A DNA stretch of 64,000 nucleotides from Bacillota bacterium. Its GTDB lineage: Bacteria; Bacillota; Clostridia; Acetivibrionales; DTU013. A model generated the notes under the pieces. It did not search any database, was not told the origin of the DNA, and saw only the letters and a program-made list of their open reading frames with translations. The stretch lies in assembly GCA_023399355.1 (NCBI GenBank), contig JAEWQC010000276.1, positions 1,714-65,713 on the forward strand. The letters run 5' to 3'. The position numbers and the translations under genes are program-made. Shown piece by piece: positions 1 through 9,263 of the stretch (position 1 is the first letter of the stretch; each line of letters starts with the position of its first letter).

Positions 1-340
1 AGATCAAGCTCCTGGTCAGCGTACCGTCCTTAAGATTCAAAACCCTCTTGAAATCTTTAAATGTACCATTTCCGGGTACAAGACCGGTTCCTTTTGCTTC
101 AAAGCGCGTATACAGGTAGTTGGGGGTATTTACCATGTCAGTAATACCAGGTTTTAAATAATCGAATACACCGGCAATATAAGTACACAGTTCATACTTT
201 TCCCTGCCGGATTCTTCTTCGCTGAATCCCCTGATCCCCATATATCCGTTGCCTAGTGAGAAAATGCTTTCATAATATGGTCCGCTGTCCATATTATCCA
301 TATCCTGCGAGATCAACCAATGCTCACCCATATTACTCAT
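1..340 (-). CDS. GH65-type glycoside phosphorylase, N-terminal fragment (gene continues past left edge)
   Basis: Own translation of minus strand from ATG at 340..338: MSNMGEHWLISQDMDNMDSGPYYESIFSLGNGYMGIRGFSEEESGREKYE... The ESxFSLGNGYxGxRG block is the conserved N-terminal motif of GH65 maltose/kojibiose-type phosphorylases. GAGGAG-like RBS lies just upstream. Absent from the ORF track because it is truncated by the window edge. Confidence 0.55.
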   Translation of the reverse strand, partial: MSNMGEHWLISQDMDNMDSGPYYESIFSLGNGYMGIRGFSEEESGREKYELCTYIAGVFDYLKPGITDMVNTPNYLYTRFEAKGTGLVPGNGTFKDFKRVLNLKDGTLTRSLI

Positions 341-409
341 ATAAGTCTCCTCTGAGCGGGGTAACCGGCAATATATTCCCGCCGGTCACCCCATTCATTT
401 TAGCCCCGT

Positions 410-2059
410 TTATTTGCCGACGAATCGGTTATAGGCATCTGTATATACTTCTACCAACCGTTTAACATTCATACTATCCAGTTGCTTGACATAACTGTCC
501 CACTCTTCATCTATACCACCTTGTGTAATCCATTTGGCAGTCGTAGTCTGCACATATTTCTCAATATCGACTCTGAAGGTTGCAGTTTCCTGAGCTTCGT
601 CCAATGTAAACAGAGTGGCCGGATAAGGATCTACTATGTAATCTTTTCCCATGCTATCCAGTTCCAGTTTCAGACCATCTCCACTATCTTTTGAAAGCTT
701 GATATTCTTTTCAAACTCAGGGCTGGCATATTTGGGTCCGAAATCACGAAGGCTTGAATCCCAGTACCATTTATCAGCGCCTGTCCCTTCCGGCGGATTG
801 TTCAGTTCATATGTACCGTCGCTATTCTTCGTAATGACAGTCCCAATGCCGCCCCAGAAGTTCTGGATGCTTGCTTCACCGGTATAGAATTCATCCGCCC
901 AGCGTGCTGCAACTTCCGGATATTTACAGAACTTGGTGATTTCCAATCCCAGTCGTCTGTAGCCCAATCCATTTGGATCACCTCCGGCATGTTTTTTGCC
1001 ATCAGGACCGGTAAGCGGCGGAATAGCAATATATTCGGACTTTGTAGTCGTGAATTGCGCATCAGGTACCCAGGAATAAAGGAAGCCTATCCGGGAAGGA
1101 TCACTCTGGTACTTGGAGACCAGCATTGTATAATCCTGAGTGAAATATTCCTTATCCATGATCCCTTCCTGATACCATTTATGCAGCATTTCTACACATT
1201 GTTTGAATCCATCCATTGTCGGGAAAAATGCAGGTTTTCCATCTGCCATACTCATGTACTTGCCGTTTAGTTCATTTATGCCGAAATTAATTAGTATGGT
1301 CGGATCAAACAGTGCATCCTTAGCGCTTCCGCTGTATGGAATCTCATCATTCGGATCTCCATTCCCGTTAGCGTCCTTGTCTTTAAATGCCTTTAAAACA
1401 TTATACAATTCATCCATGTTTGTCGGCACCTGCAAACCAAGTCGGTCAAGCCAAGCTTTATTGATAGTAGGCAGAAAAGTGACATAAGGTCTTGAGGGCA
1501 TTCTTGATCCCATGGAATACATATTCCCATCAGGATATGTTACATATCCTTTCAAATACGAGTCTTCGTTCAATGCTTTTGTATAATTGGGCATATACTC
1601 TTTGACTAGATTCTGAAGCGGAAGGAAATACTCTACATTATTCATAATATCCGTTTCAGATAAGGTTAAATCACCCAAAATGAGGCTCGGAAGAGTACCG
1701 CTTGCCAACATAATATTTTTCTGTGTATCCCAGTCGGATTGAGCCTTCCACTGCCAATCAATTTTTACATTGGATGTTTTCTCCAGGTTCGTCAGGAATG
1801 GATTCTTTTTAAAGCTATCATCCATGTTGTTCCAACGAACCGTCAAAACGTCGAGTGTAACCGGTTCTTTGACAATGGGCATCCCTGTTTTCTGGAAATT
1901 TCCGCCTGACTCCGCTGTAGTAGCTGCTGCTGTTGCAGCGGTGGATGCAGTTGTACTGGTTTTAGTTTCCCGAGAACTGCTTCCACAGCCGGCCAGACTC
2001 AAGATAAATATCATTGCAGCCAGCATTATACTTAGTACATTTTTTGAAATACTCCTCAT
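410..2059 (-). CDS. Extracellular solute-binding lipoprotein of a sugar ABC transporter (family 1, LplA-like)
   Basis: 549 aa. Lipoprotein signal ending LSLAGCGSSS, then a Thr/Ala-rich linker. Size and sequence are typical of large CUT1 sugar-binding proteins. Directly downstream of two sugar permease genes. Confidence 0.8.
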   Translation of the reverse strand: MRSISKNVLSIMLAAMIFILSLAGCGSSSRETKTSTTASTAATAAATTAESGGNFQKTGMPIVKEPVTLDVLTVRWNNMDDSFKKNPFLTNLEKTSNVKIDWQWKAQSDWDTQKNIMLASGTLPSLILGDLTLSETDIMNNVEYFLPLQNLVKEYMPNYTKALNEDSYLKGYVTYPDGNMYSMGSRMPSRPYVTFLPTINKAWLDRLGLQVPTNMDELYNVLKAFKDKDANGNGDPNDEIPYSGSAKDALFDPTILINFGINELNGKYMSMADGKPAFFPTMDGFKQCVEMLHKWYQEGIMDKEYFTQDYTMLVSKYQSDPSRIGFLYSWVPDAQFTTTKSEYIAIPPLTGPDGKKHAGGDPNGLGYRRLGLEITKFCKYPEVAARWADEFYTGEASIQNFWGGIGTVITKNSDGTYELNNPPEGTGADKWYWDSSLRDFGPKYASPEFEKNIKLSKDSGDGLKLELDSMGKDYIVDPYPATLFTLDEAQETATFRVDIEKYVQTTTAKWITQGGIDEEWDSYVKQLDSMNVKRLVEVYTDAYNRFVGK

Positions 2060-2201
2060 AACTTCTCTCCTTTTTTATATTTAGTCGTTTACGCAGCGCA
2101 TAAACGTACTATTCTATTTTAATAGAACTGCCTTCAGGGTTTTTATCGCATGAGAATTGGAGACTGAATTTTCACACCTTCATCTAGATCTTGCGTAACG
2201 T

Positions 2202-3092
2202 TTAGCCTTTCACTGCACCAATCATTACACCCTGGTCAAAATGCTTCTGAACAAATGGGTAAACACATATAATAGGCACTGTTGCTACGATAATAACTGA
2301 ATAACGTAACAGACTTGCAAGACGCAGCGCAATATTGGCTGCTTCATCAGACCCTAAGTGTCCCTGCATCTGGTTTACAATTAAAATATTGCGCAAAACC
2401 AATTGCAGTGGGTACAACTGATGATTATTGATATATAATAATGCATTAAAATAGCAATTCCATTGTCCTACGGCAATCCATAACCCCAAAACGGAGATAA
2501 TGGCTTTTGATAACGGCAGCACCATTTTGAAAAAATACTGAAGGTTTCCGCAGCCGTCGATTCGTGCTGCCTCATACAGATCGGGCGGTATGCTGTTCTG
2601 GAAAAAAGTTCTGGCTACTATGACATTATAGGCAACCACTGAAAACGGCAGCACCATAACTGTGAAAGTATCATACAAGTGAAAATCCTTAATGGTTAAG
2701 TATGTAGGAATTACACCCCCGTTAAAAAACATTGTAAATATAAAGAATAATGAAAATAATCTATTCCCTACCATATCTCTTCTGGAAAGTGCATAAGCGG
2801 CCGGAATGTTTACAGCCAATCCGATAAAAGTACCGACAACCGTATATAAGATAGTGTTTCTGTATCCTTTCCATATATCGGGGTGCCTGAACAGTTCTGC
2901 ATATCCATCCAGCGTGAACCTGTATGGGAACAGCCACATCTTGCCGCCGGCAACCGCACTCGGCTCGCTAAATGATGCACAGATTATAAAATACAGAGGA
3001 TAGACAACAACAATCAAACCAATTGCTGCAAAAACATATACTATAGCATTAAAAAGCATGTCACTTTTTTGATCTCTTATTGTTTTCTTCAC
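2202..3092 (-). CDS. Sugar ABC transporter permease (MalG/LplC-like)
   Basis: 296 aa, multi-pass hydrophobic protein with EAA-type loop YEAARIDGCGNLQYFFKMVLPL typical of binding-protein-dependent permeases. Confidence 0.85.
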   Translation of the reverse strand: MKKTIRDQKSDMLFNAIVYVFAAIGLIVVVYPLYFIICASFSEPSAVAGGKMWLFPYRFTLDGYAELFRHPDIWKGYRNTILYTVVGTFIGLAVNIPAAYALSRRDMVGNRLFSLFFIFTMFFNGGVIPTYLTIKDFHLYDTFTVMVLPFSVVAYNVIVARTFFQNSIPPDLYEAARIDGCGNLQYFFKMVLPLSKAIISVLGLWIAVGQWNCYFNALLYINNHQLYPLQLVLRNILIVNQMQGHLGSDEAANIALRLASLLRYSVIIVATVPIICVYPFVQKHFDQGVMIGAVKG

Positions 3093-3116
3093 ATCGAATT
3101 CCCCTTTTCATCTACT

Positions 3117-4043
3117 TTACAACAGGCTGTTTTTACTTAATGATTTTGATATCTGATTTACTATTAAAAGGAAAATCAAGTTGATTACATTATTGAATAA
3201 ATTAACTGCTGCTGATAAACTGTAACTGCTCTGTATAATGCCCGCCTTATATACATATGTCGCTAAGATTTCACTGGTTGGGAGGTTCATGCTGTTTTGC
3301 AAAAGGTATACTTTTTCAAATCCGACATTCATAATGTTTCCGGCTCTTAAGATCAATAATATGCACGCTGTTGGTAAAATCATCGGAATATCAATATAGA
3401 TAAGCTTCTGCCATCTGGTCGCCCCATCAACAGTAGCAGCCTCATACAGTGTTATATCAACCATGGAGAGCGCCGCTACATATATAATGCTATCCCATCC
3501 CGTATGCTGCCACGCTTCTGTCCATACGTATATACTGCTGAATGCATTTGCATCTCCCATTAAATTGGGTGCTGCCGCTCCAAATAGCTTGTAGATGTTG
3601 CCAATCAACCCACTGCCCGGAGAAAGCAGTATCAATATTAACCCTGCCAAAACGACCGTTGAAATAAAATGGGGCATGTAAGTGATTGTTTGAAAAGCTC
3701 TGCGAAACCTGTTTACTCTCATTTGGTTTATAAACAAAGCAAACAGGATAGGAAGCGGAAAGGTTACCGCAATGCTGTAAATGCTTATAATCACCGTATT
3801 CATAATTGTTCTTGTAAACTGATACGAATTAAAAAATTGATTGAAGAATTTAAATCCAACCCATGGGCTGCCCATAATACCCAAACTGTTGCGATAATTT
3901 TTAAAAGCGATAATAACACCATACATTGGCCTGTATGTAAAACAGATTAGCAGAATAACTGCGGGGAGTAATAATAAGTAGAGTCCGGCATTCTTTTTTA
4001 TCCTATACCAGGTTGAATTTCTTTTGATAACCATTTGAATCAC
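3117..4043 (-). CDS. Sugar ABC transporter permease (MalF/LplB-like)
   Basis: 308 aa, multi-pass membrane protein with EAA loop YEAATVDGATRWQKLIYIDIPMI. Adjacent to the second permease and the SBP. Confidence 0.85.
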   Translation of the reverse strand: MIQMVIKRNSTWYRIKKNAGLYLLLLPAVILLICFTYRPMYGVIIAFKNYRNSLGIMGSPWVGFKFFNQFFNSYQFTRTIMNTVIISIYSIAVTFPLPILFALFINQMRVNRFRRAFQTITYMPHFISTVVLAGLILILLSPGSGLIGNIYKLFGAAAPNLMGDANAFSSIYVWTEAWQHTGWDSIIYVAALSMVDITLYEAATVDGATRWQKLIYIDIPMILPTACILLILRAGNIMNVGFEKVYLLQNSMNLPTSEILATYVYKAGIIQSSYSLSAAVNLFNNVINLIFLLIVNQISKSLSKNSLL

Positions 4044-4069
4044 CTTTTATCTTTCAACTTGTTTGATAA

Positions 4070-5908
4070 TCACTCAAAGCCTCTGTCTCCAAATGCATTA
4101 TCCACCGCATAAGCTAAAAATCCCGCACAAGTGGCAAACGCAGCACCGGTTACACATTCTCCCGTGTTCTCATCAATGCTTTCACAAGCAACCCCGTTGT
4201 CCATAGCGGATTTTAGCAGGATATTCCTGGAATGCTCCTTCCTGCCGCACAACAAGCTGTTGGCAACGCTCAGTATCCAAGGGTGCGGAGCATGTTCACA
4301 ACCGATCTCCGCGATATTGCAGCCATTGAAGGAATAAGGGTATTCCGGTTTTCTGATTTCTGCGACGGTATTTTGATATACAACATCCTCCATATTGCAG
4401 AACCCGTAATACGGCAAAAGCTGCAAACTTCCCGGAGGCTCATCATAGATATTCCAGGCGCCCTTCAGATCCAGGGACCATGCGAATATTTTCCTGTTGT
4501 CATATTCAAAAACACAGTTCTCCCATATTGCTTTTCGTACCTTTTCAGACTTCAACTGCAGTTCACTGCTTAATTCATTTTCTCCGATTTCTCCGTACAT
4601 TTCCGAAAGATTCCTAAATACCTTCCACACCAGGACATTGTCATAGGTCAGATAGGGATGCACAACAGGATCATCCGTAGGTTGGAGAAATGTTTCATAA
4701 AGGTCTGCTTCAATATGTTTCCTGGACTCCAGTATCCTCACAATCCTTTTAATGCCGCTCTTAAATAAATCCTCCGACAGAATTCCGTAATCGCCGGTTT
4801 TCCTTATATAGCCATCCAAAGCCAGTATGGGGGCGCAAAGTTCGTCAAGCTCAAACCCCGGTTCCAGAACCGTTCCATCTATATATCTGCTATGAACGCC
4901 GATATTTTTTATCTGTCTGCGAAAAACATATTCGAGCATTTCTTTTGCATAATCGCTGTCAACTAGCAATATCGAAGGGAAACTCCATAAAAGGCTGTCC
5001 CGGTCCCAATAAGCTGCGCTTACATAGTACCTTGGGCTTCTGGACGTTACCAGCACAAATTCTTCCGTATCCATTGTAATACCTGATGCAAAAAAGAAAT
5101 TGAAAAACATATTTGTATTCAATACGCGATCCATTTCACTGTCAGTTGTCTTCCTGCTGCGTTTCGAAAGCCAATTCTTCGTAATGTTCAATTCATACTC
5201 ATAGCCTTTGCGGAGCATTTCCTTTGCCGAAGTGGCAGCACCTACCTCCTCAAAGCCGAAACCCCAGAAAAAGTTGACGGATTGTTCTTCACCAGGATTC
5301 AGCGTAATGTGCCTGCCGAGATTAAAGCATATTTCACTGTTCTTTTCATCGGTATTATAGGAAACATCCATTTTATCGTTGGTGATCGGGGCAAATGAAA
5401 AAATGCTGACAGCATTCCTGAGATCAAAGACGATACTGTTGTTCCAGCCACTGTCATAAACATATTTCACTGCATTTATCGGTTTGCTCTCATTGATTTC
5501 ATGGATTGACTGATTCCAGCAGCCCTCTATTCCAACCACCAATTCTTTTTTATCCATACTGCCGTTTACAACTTTTAAATTGTAGATGAAGCCTCTTTCA
5601 CCAATTGGTGCCAGGATGGTTCCATCAATGGCAATATTGCCACATGTACCTTTGAAGTACGGAATCCAGTAGTCATGCTTACCCCAGCATGTGACTTCAA
5701 TAGGTATGTCAACCTCATTCACAGACAGGATTGGCTTCAATAACGGCTTCGAATCATCCGCACCTTTTATTGCGATTAATCCCTTATACCCCATATGAAG
5801 AAAAGTTACGCTCATAATAGCAGCATCCTCTTCCCTGATATCAGGTATGGAGATCATCTCATTCCCGGCAGGTATGAATTTGCCCTTGGACAAAGTTAGC
5901 ACCCCCAC
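4070..5908 (-). CDS. Six-hairpin glycoside hydrolase, GH125-like (metal-independent alpha-mannosidase-like) with N-terminal extension
   Basis: 612 aa. Blocks AAYWDRDSLLWSFP, FELDELCAPILALDGYIRKTGDYG, QPTDDPVVHPYLTYDNVLVW, LLPYYGF and HAPHPWIL resemble my recollection of the conserved GH125/DUF1237 blocks. Family assignment is from memory only. Confidence 0.45.
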   Translation of the reverse strand: MGVLTLSKGKFIPAGNEMISIPDIREEDAAIMSVTFLHMGYKGLIAIKGADDSKPLLKPILSVNEVDIPIEVTCWGKHDYWIPYFKGTCGNIAIDGTILAPIGERGFIYNLKVVNGSMDKKELVVGIEGCWNQSIHEINESKPINAVKYVYDSGWNNSIVFDLRNAVSIFSFAPITNDKMDVSYNTDEKNSEICFNLGRHITLNPGEEQSVNFFWGFGFEEVGAATSAKEMLRKGYEYELNITKNWLSKRSRKTTDSEMDRVLNTNMFFNFFFASGITMDTEEFVLVTSRSPRYYVSAAYWDRDSLLWSFPSILLVDSDYAKEMLEYVFRRQIKNIGVHSRYIDGTVLEPGFELDELCAPILALDGYIRKTGDYGILSEDLFKSGIKRIVRILESRKHIEADLYETFLQPTDDPVVHPYLTYDNVLVWKVFRNLSEMYGEIGENELSSELQLKSEKVRKAIWENCVFEYDNRKIFAWSLDLKGAWNIYDEPPGSLQLLPYYGFCNMEDVVYQNTVAEIRKPEYPYSFNGCNIAEIGCEHAPHPWILSVANSLLCGRKEHSRNILLKSAMDNGVACESIDENTGECVTGAAFATCAGFLAYAVDNAFGDRGFE

Positions 5909-5936
5909 TTTCTAGAATTATGCAATCTTTACAAAT

Positions 5937-5948
5937 TTAAACGTTTAA
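5937..5948. promoter_or_regulatory. Perfect 12-bp palindrome TTAAACGTTTAA, candidate LacI-family operator
   Basis: Lies between the lacI-like stop (5986) and the GH start (5908). The AAACGTTT core matches the generic LacI/CcpA-type operator half-site arrangement. Confidence 0.45.
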
Positions 5949-5985
5949 CCTGAGGCTTATAATAAATCTTTCAGTTTATGATTTA

Positions 5986-7023
5986 TTATATAGAGTTCAG
6001 TCTCTTTACTGATTTTCTTTCGATGATATTAAGCGGAAGTACTTTTTCCATCGGTTCATATTTGCCTTTTCCCTCGATCATATTGACAAGCGCCTCGGCA
6101 GCAGCCACTCCTTTAGCCGTAATATCCTGACCGACTGTTGTCAAAGGCAGCAAAGAATACTTCAGGATGGAGATATTGTCAAAGCCTATTACCGATATAT
6201 CGTCGGGCACCTCTATGTTATTATCCCTCAGACTGTTGACCAGGCCCAGGGCGATCATATCGGCGCTTGCAAACACAGCTGTTATTTTTCCATGCCTGTG
6301 TGCAGCAATGGTCCTGCCTGCTGCACAGCCTTGCTCATAGCTTACTGATCCGTCGAACACATAATCCGGATTGTAAAAGATACTTGCTTCATTCAGTGCT
6401 CTTTTATATCCTAAAAACCTTTTCTCATTGACACCGTCATGTTTTATGCTTCCGGTAACAAGGGCAATCTCCCTGTGTCCTTGATCAATAAGGTATTTTG
6501 TGGCTATATAACCTCCATATTCATCATCAATGCCGACCTTGAAGAAATAGTTATCGCTGATATAACTGTCAATCAGTACAATTGGAATGCTTGCCTGCTT
6601 GAGTTCCTCGTAAAACTGTTCCTGGTATATTCCCATGATGATGGCACCATCCAGATTCCTTTGTACGGACGTATCAAGATAACTATTCCCCTTTTCCACC
6701 CCCGACAGAAGCAAATGGTAACCGCATTCCCTGAGTTTCGATTCGACTCCGCTTACTATCTCGCTGTAGAAAGGGTTTGTCAGCAACATTTGCGACGAGT
6801 CCTCCGTCTGAGGAATAATGACGCCTATCAGGTGTGAGTTGTTTTTAACCAGACTTCTGGCCGTAAGGTTCGGTATATAGTTCAATTCCCTGATGGCATT
6901 TTTAACCTTTGATACCGTCGCATCGGATAGCTTGTACTCCTTACCGTTCAGCACATATGATACGACTGCAGGGGTTACTCCGACAGCTTTTGCTATATCT
7001 TTGATTGTTGTTCTTTTAATCAT
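5986..7023 (-). CDS. LacI family transcriptional regulator
   Basis: 345 aa. N-terminal HTH TIKDIAKAVGVTPAVVSYVLNG followed by a periplasmic-binding-protein-like sugar-binding fold. First gene of the sugar locus. Confidence 0.9.
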   Translation of the reverse strand: MIKRTTIKDIAKAVGVTPAVVSYVLNGKEYKLSDATVSKVKNAIRELNYIPNLTARSLVKNNSHLIGVIIPQTEDSSQMLLTNPFYSEIVSGVESKLRECGYHLLLSGVEKGNSYLDTSVQRNLDGAIIMGIYQEQFYEELKQASIPIVLIDSYISDNYFFKVGIDDEYGGYIATKYLIDQGHREIALVTGSIKHDGVNEKRFLGYKRALNEASIFYNPDYVFDGSVSYEQGCAAGRTIAAHRHGKITAVFASADMIALGLVNSLRDNNIEVPDDISVIGFDNISILKYSLLPLTTVGQDITAKGVAAAEALVNMIEGKGKYEPMEKVLPLNIIERKSVKRLNSI

Positions 7024-7204
7024 GTCGCATCCTTTTGATTCTGCCGTGTATACCTGTTCATATATCGCATTTAAGTTACACGCTTAACCTTATATTTTTT
7101 TATTATTATAATATATTCCTTTTTTTGTAGGATACAAGTACTATAATATACTTATATATCGCTCGGGTAAAGAGCTCATTGTTCTGAAAAAGAGATAAGT
7201 TTAT

Positions 7205-7216
7205 TTAATCGTTTAA
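7205..7216. promoter_or_regulatory. Near-palindrome TTAATCGTTTAA, possible second LacI-type operator
   Basis: One mismatch from the 5937 palindrome. Located in the AT-rich region upstream of the lacI-like gene. Confidence 0.25.
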
Positions 7217-7306
7217 CTCTACTATAATAATAATACCGAAATGTTAGAAATACAAGTACTTTTTAAAATATTTTCAGAAGAATTTAACTGTTTATCTGTT
7301 TAACTG

Positions 7307-7804
7307 TTAACTTTTAAAAAGCCTGCTTCGATTCTTCTGTACAAATAGTAGCAGCGGGTATCCCATTACATAGCAGGCTATCAGTTCTCCAAGCGCCACA
7401 AAACCCATCGTAATCAAAACCGGGGCATTGATGGAAAGCTTCAGTATGATTGCCACAGCAACCGCATTAAGGATGACAGGGGGTAATGGAGCAAGGTATT
7501 TCGAGGGCATTTTCCATGTGAGAACTGCTGCAAGCAGTGTGGCAAAACTCCCAAGGAAGATATCGTACGGTCCCGCCCCGACAAAGATGTTCGCTGTCAG
7601 GCAGCCGACAAAAAGCCCTGGAATTGCAGCCGGTGTGAAAAATGCGAGTATCGTAAGCACTTCGGAAACTCTCACCTGTATCTGCCCGGAACCTCCCGGT
7701 ATTGCAATCGTCAGTACGGCATACAACGCCGCTATTACTGCCGCCTCCACCAGAAATCTTGTTTTAAATCCTGTTTTGGTTCTTGTTTTATACATGTAGT
7801 GCAT
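7307..7804 (-). CDS. queT: Queuosine-precursor transporter QueT (ECF S-component-like)
   Basis: Start moved to the internal ATG at 7804 (MHYMYKTRTKTGF...) preceded by GGAGAGAGG. The ~165 aa hydrophobic protein has blocks IQVRVSEVLTIL and AIPGLFVGCLTANI typical of QueT. A preQ1 riboswitch lies upstream. Confidence 0.75.
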   Translation of the reverse strand: MHYMYKTRTKTGFKTRFLVEAAVIAALYAVLTIAIPGGSGQIQVRVSEVLTILAFFTPAAIPGLFVGCLTANIFVGAGPYDIFLGSFATLLAAVLTWKMPSKYLAPLPPVILNAVAVAIILKLSINAPVLITMGFVALGELIACYVMGYPLLLFVQKNRSRLFKS

Positions 7805-7883
7805 CCTCTCTCCGCCTATCATCCTGTCCTTCGAAAAACCGAAGGAATATCCGTTTGTTCCAGCTTTGCTGGACGCACCGCAA

Positions 7884-7906
7884 CAAAAAAGAGCGTCTCC
7901 GCTCTG
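7884..7906 (-). terminator. Intrinsic terminator acting as riboswitch expression platform
   Basis: Minus strand reads AGAGCG-GAGA-CGCUCU followed by UUUUUUG. It sits between the preQ1 aptamer and the queT start. Confidence 0.6.
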
Positions 7907-7950
7907 CAAATCAACATTATATGCCACATGTAATAAATCATGTTGCATAA

Positions 7951-7992
7951 CCCGTAGTTTTGTTTACAGACAGGATGGTTTCGAACTGTCTT
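7951..7992 (-). promoter_or_regulatory. preQ1-I riboswitch aptamer
   Basis: Minus strand reads AGACAG-UUCGAAACCAUC-CUGUCU-GUAAACAAAACUACGGG. This is a 6-bp P1 stem, a UUC..A..C loop and an A-rich tail ending ACUA. Compare the B. subtilis queC aptamer AGAGGUUCUAGCUACACCCUCUAUAAAAAACUAAGG. It sits upstream of queT, a classic preQ1-regulated gene. Confidence 0.7.
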
Positions 7993-8129
7993 TTATTTTA
8001 TTCGGCTTTCTAATTTCCGGTATCTTCCATACCGGAAACTTTCACAGACACCGTATCAATAGAGCCTTCATTATTTTACACCATATACAGGGTGACTGCA
8101 ACCATTTTTATACCCGTCCGCACTTGTAC

Positions 8130-9047
8130 TTAGTCCTTCGCAGTGTAGAATTTAAGGTAATCTTTCTCACTGGCCTGTCTCAATGTATGTCCACCGTCCA
8201 TCAAATGGATTTCCGATTTGATTCCCCTCTTCTGTAAGGCATCATACAGGGATTGGATCCCCACAGTGAACGGATCGTTGGCCCCACCACAATCAAGATA
8301 TACGTTCAGTTTGTCAAGCCCCTTCTTTTTGTCGTACTTGACTATATCAGTTATTTCATCGGTATTCTCATTTGGAAACAGCCATTTTTCCAGCTGTTTG
8401 TCGGAATAATCGCTAGAAACCACCGCAGGACTGTATCCACCAACCTTGCTGAACAGATCGGGATGGTGGAAGGCTATACGAAGGGCGATCATCCCCCCCA
8501 TGGAGAATCCTCCGATATACCTGCCATCCGACGATGTTACGGTACGGTAATGAGCATCGATATATGGAACCAGTTCCTTGCTTAAAAATTGATCCATGTT
8601 CCTCTCATCTAACTTCCCATCGTCCTCCACATCCTTGCTGATTTCCTTCAGTGTGGCATCCCTTGTATAGGGAAAAACCATAATGACCGGCTCAATCCCG
8701 CCATTATCTATTAACTCGTCGGCCGTTCCGGCAATGCCTTTATCTATCCACATGGATTCATTCGAGCCATAGCCGTGCAGCCCGTACCACACGGGATAAT
8801 CTTTTTTGTCGCCGTAACCCTTCGGCAGATAGATCTTGCAAGGCATTTCCCTCCCCATGTAATTACTCTTCACAGACAGGTCCATGATCCGGGACTCCTT
8901 TAAGGGCTCACTGACGCCGGAACTGCGACGGTCTGCGTTTATACCGCTGCAACCGCAGAACATAAGTCCTGTAAGGGCCGCTAAAGATATCAATGCCGCA
9001 TTTTTAAATTTCTTACATCTTCCTGTTTTTACACTGCTTGAACGCAT
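8130..9047 (-). CDS. Secreted alpha/beta-hydrolase esterase (esterase D / CE1-like), lipoprotein
   Basis: Start set at the ATG at 9047 (MRSSSVKTGRCKKF...), with GGAGG upstream. Lipobox LMFCGCSG. Nucleophile elbow GGFSMGG. YGLHGYGSNE block typical of the putative esterase family. Confidence 0.7.
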   Translation of the reverse strand: MRSSSVKTGRCKKFKNAALISLAALTGLMFCGCSGINADRRSSGVSEPLKESRIMDLSVKSNYMGREMPCKIYLPKGYGDKKDYPVWYGLHGYGSNESMWIDKGIAGTADELIDNGGIEPVIMVFPYTRDATLKEISKDVEDDGKLDERNMDQFLSKELVPYIDAHYRTVTSSDGRYIGGFSMGGMIALRIAFHHPDLFSKVGGYSPAVVSSDYSDKQLEKWLFPNENTDEITDIVKYDKKKGLDKLNVYLDCGGANDPFTVGIQSLYDALQKRGIKSEIHLMDGGHTLRQASEKDYLKFYTAKD

Positions 9048-9180
9048 AATGTAATATTCCTCCAAACTCTATATTTTAATTATATAAATTTTTGATTATT
9101 TATATATTAACTTATTTTTGATATATTCTACATTTTTAGTAAAATTCCTCTATTTCTCAACGTTGTTCTGTTTTCTATAC

Positions 9181-9222
9181 AAAAAAGAGCTCTCCCAAAA
9201 CTTTGGTTTTGAGACAAGCTCC
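9181..9222 (-). terminator. Intrinsic terminator downstream of the GH18/SLH gene
   Basis: Minus strand: GGAGCUUGUCUCAAAACCAAAGUUUUGGGAGAGCUC followed by UUUUUUG. Confidence 0.55.
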
Positions 9223-9263
9223 ATCTATTCCCGTATTAACACAATAGTTCACTTGTTTTCCGC

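Noticed and set aside
2085-2200. Inverted repeat CGTTTACGCAGCGCATAAACG upstream of the SBP gene as a second LacI operator
   Set aside because: The 6-bp arms with a 9-nt spacer do not fit the contiguous LacI-type palindrome seen at 5937. It could equally be an intercistronic hairpin.
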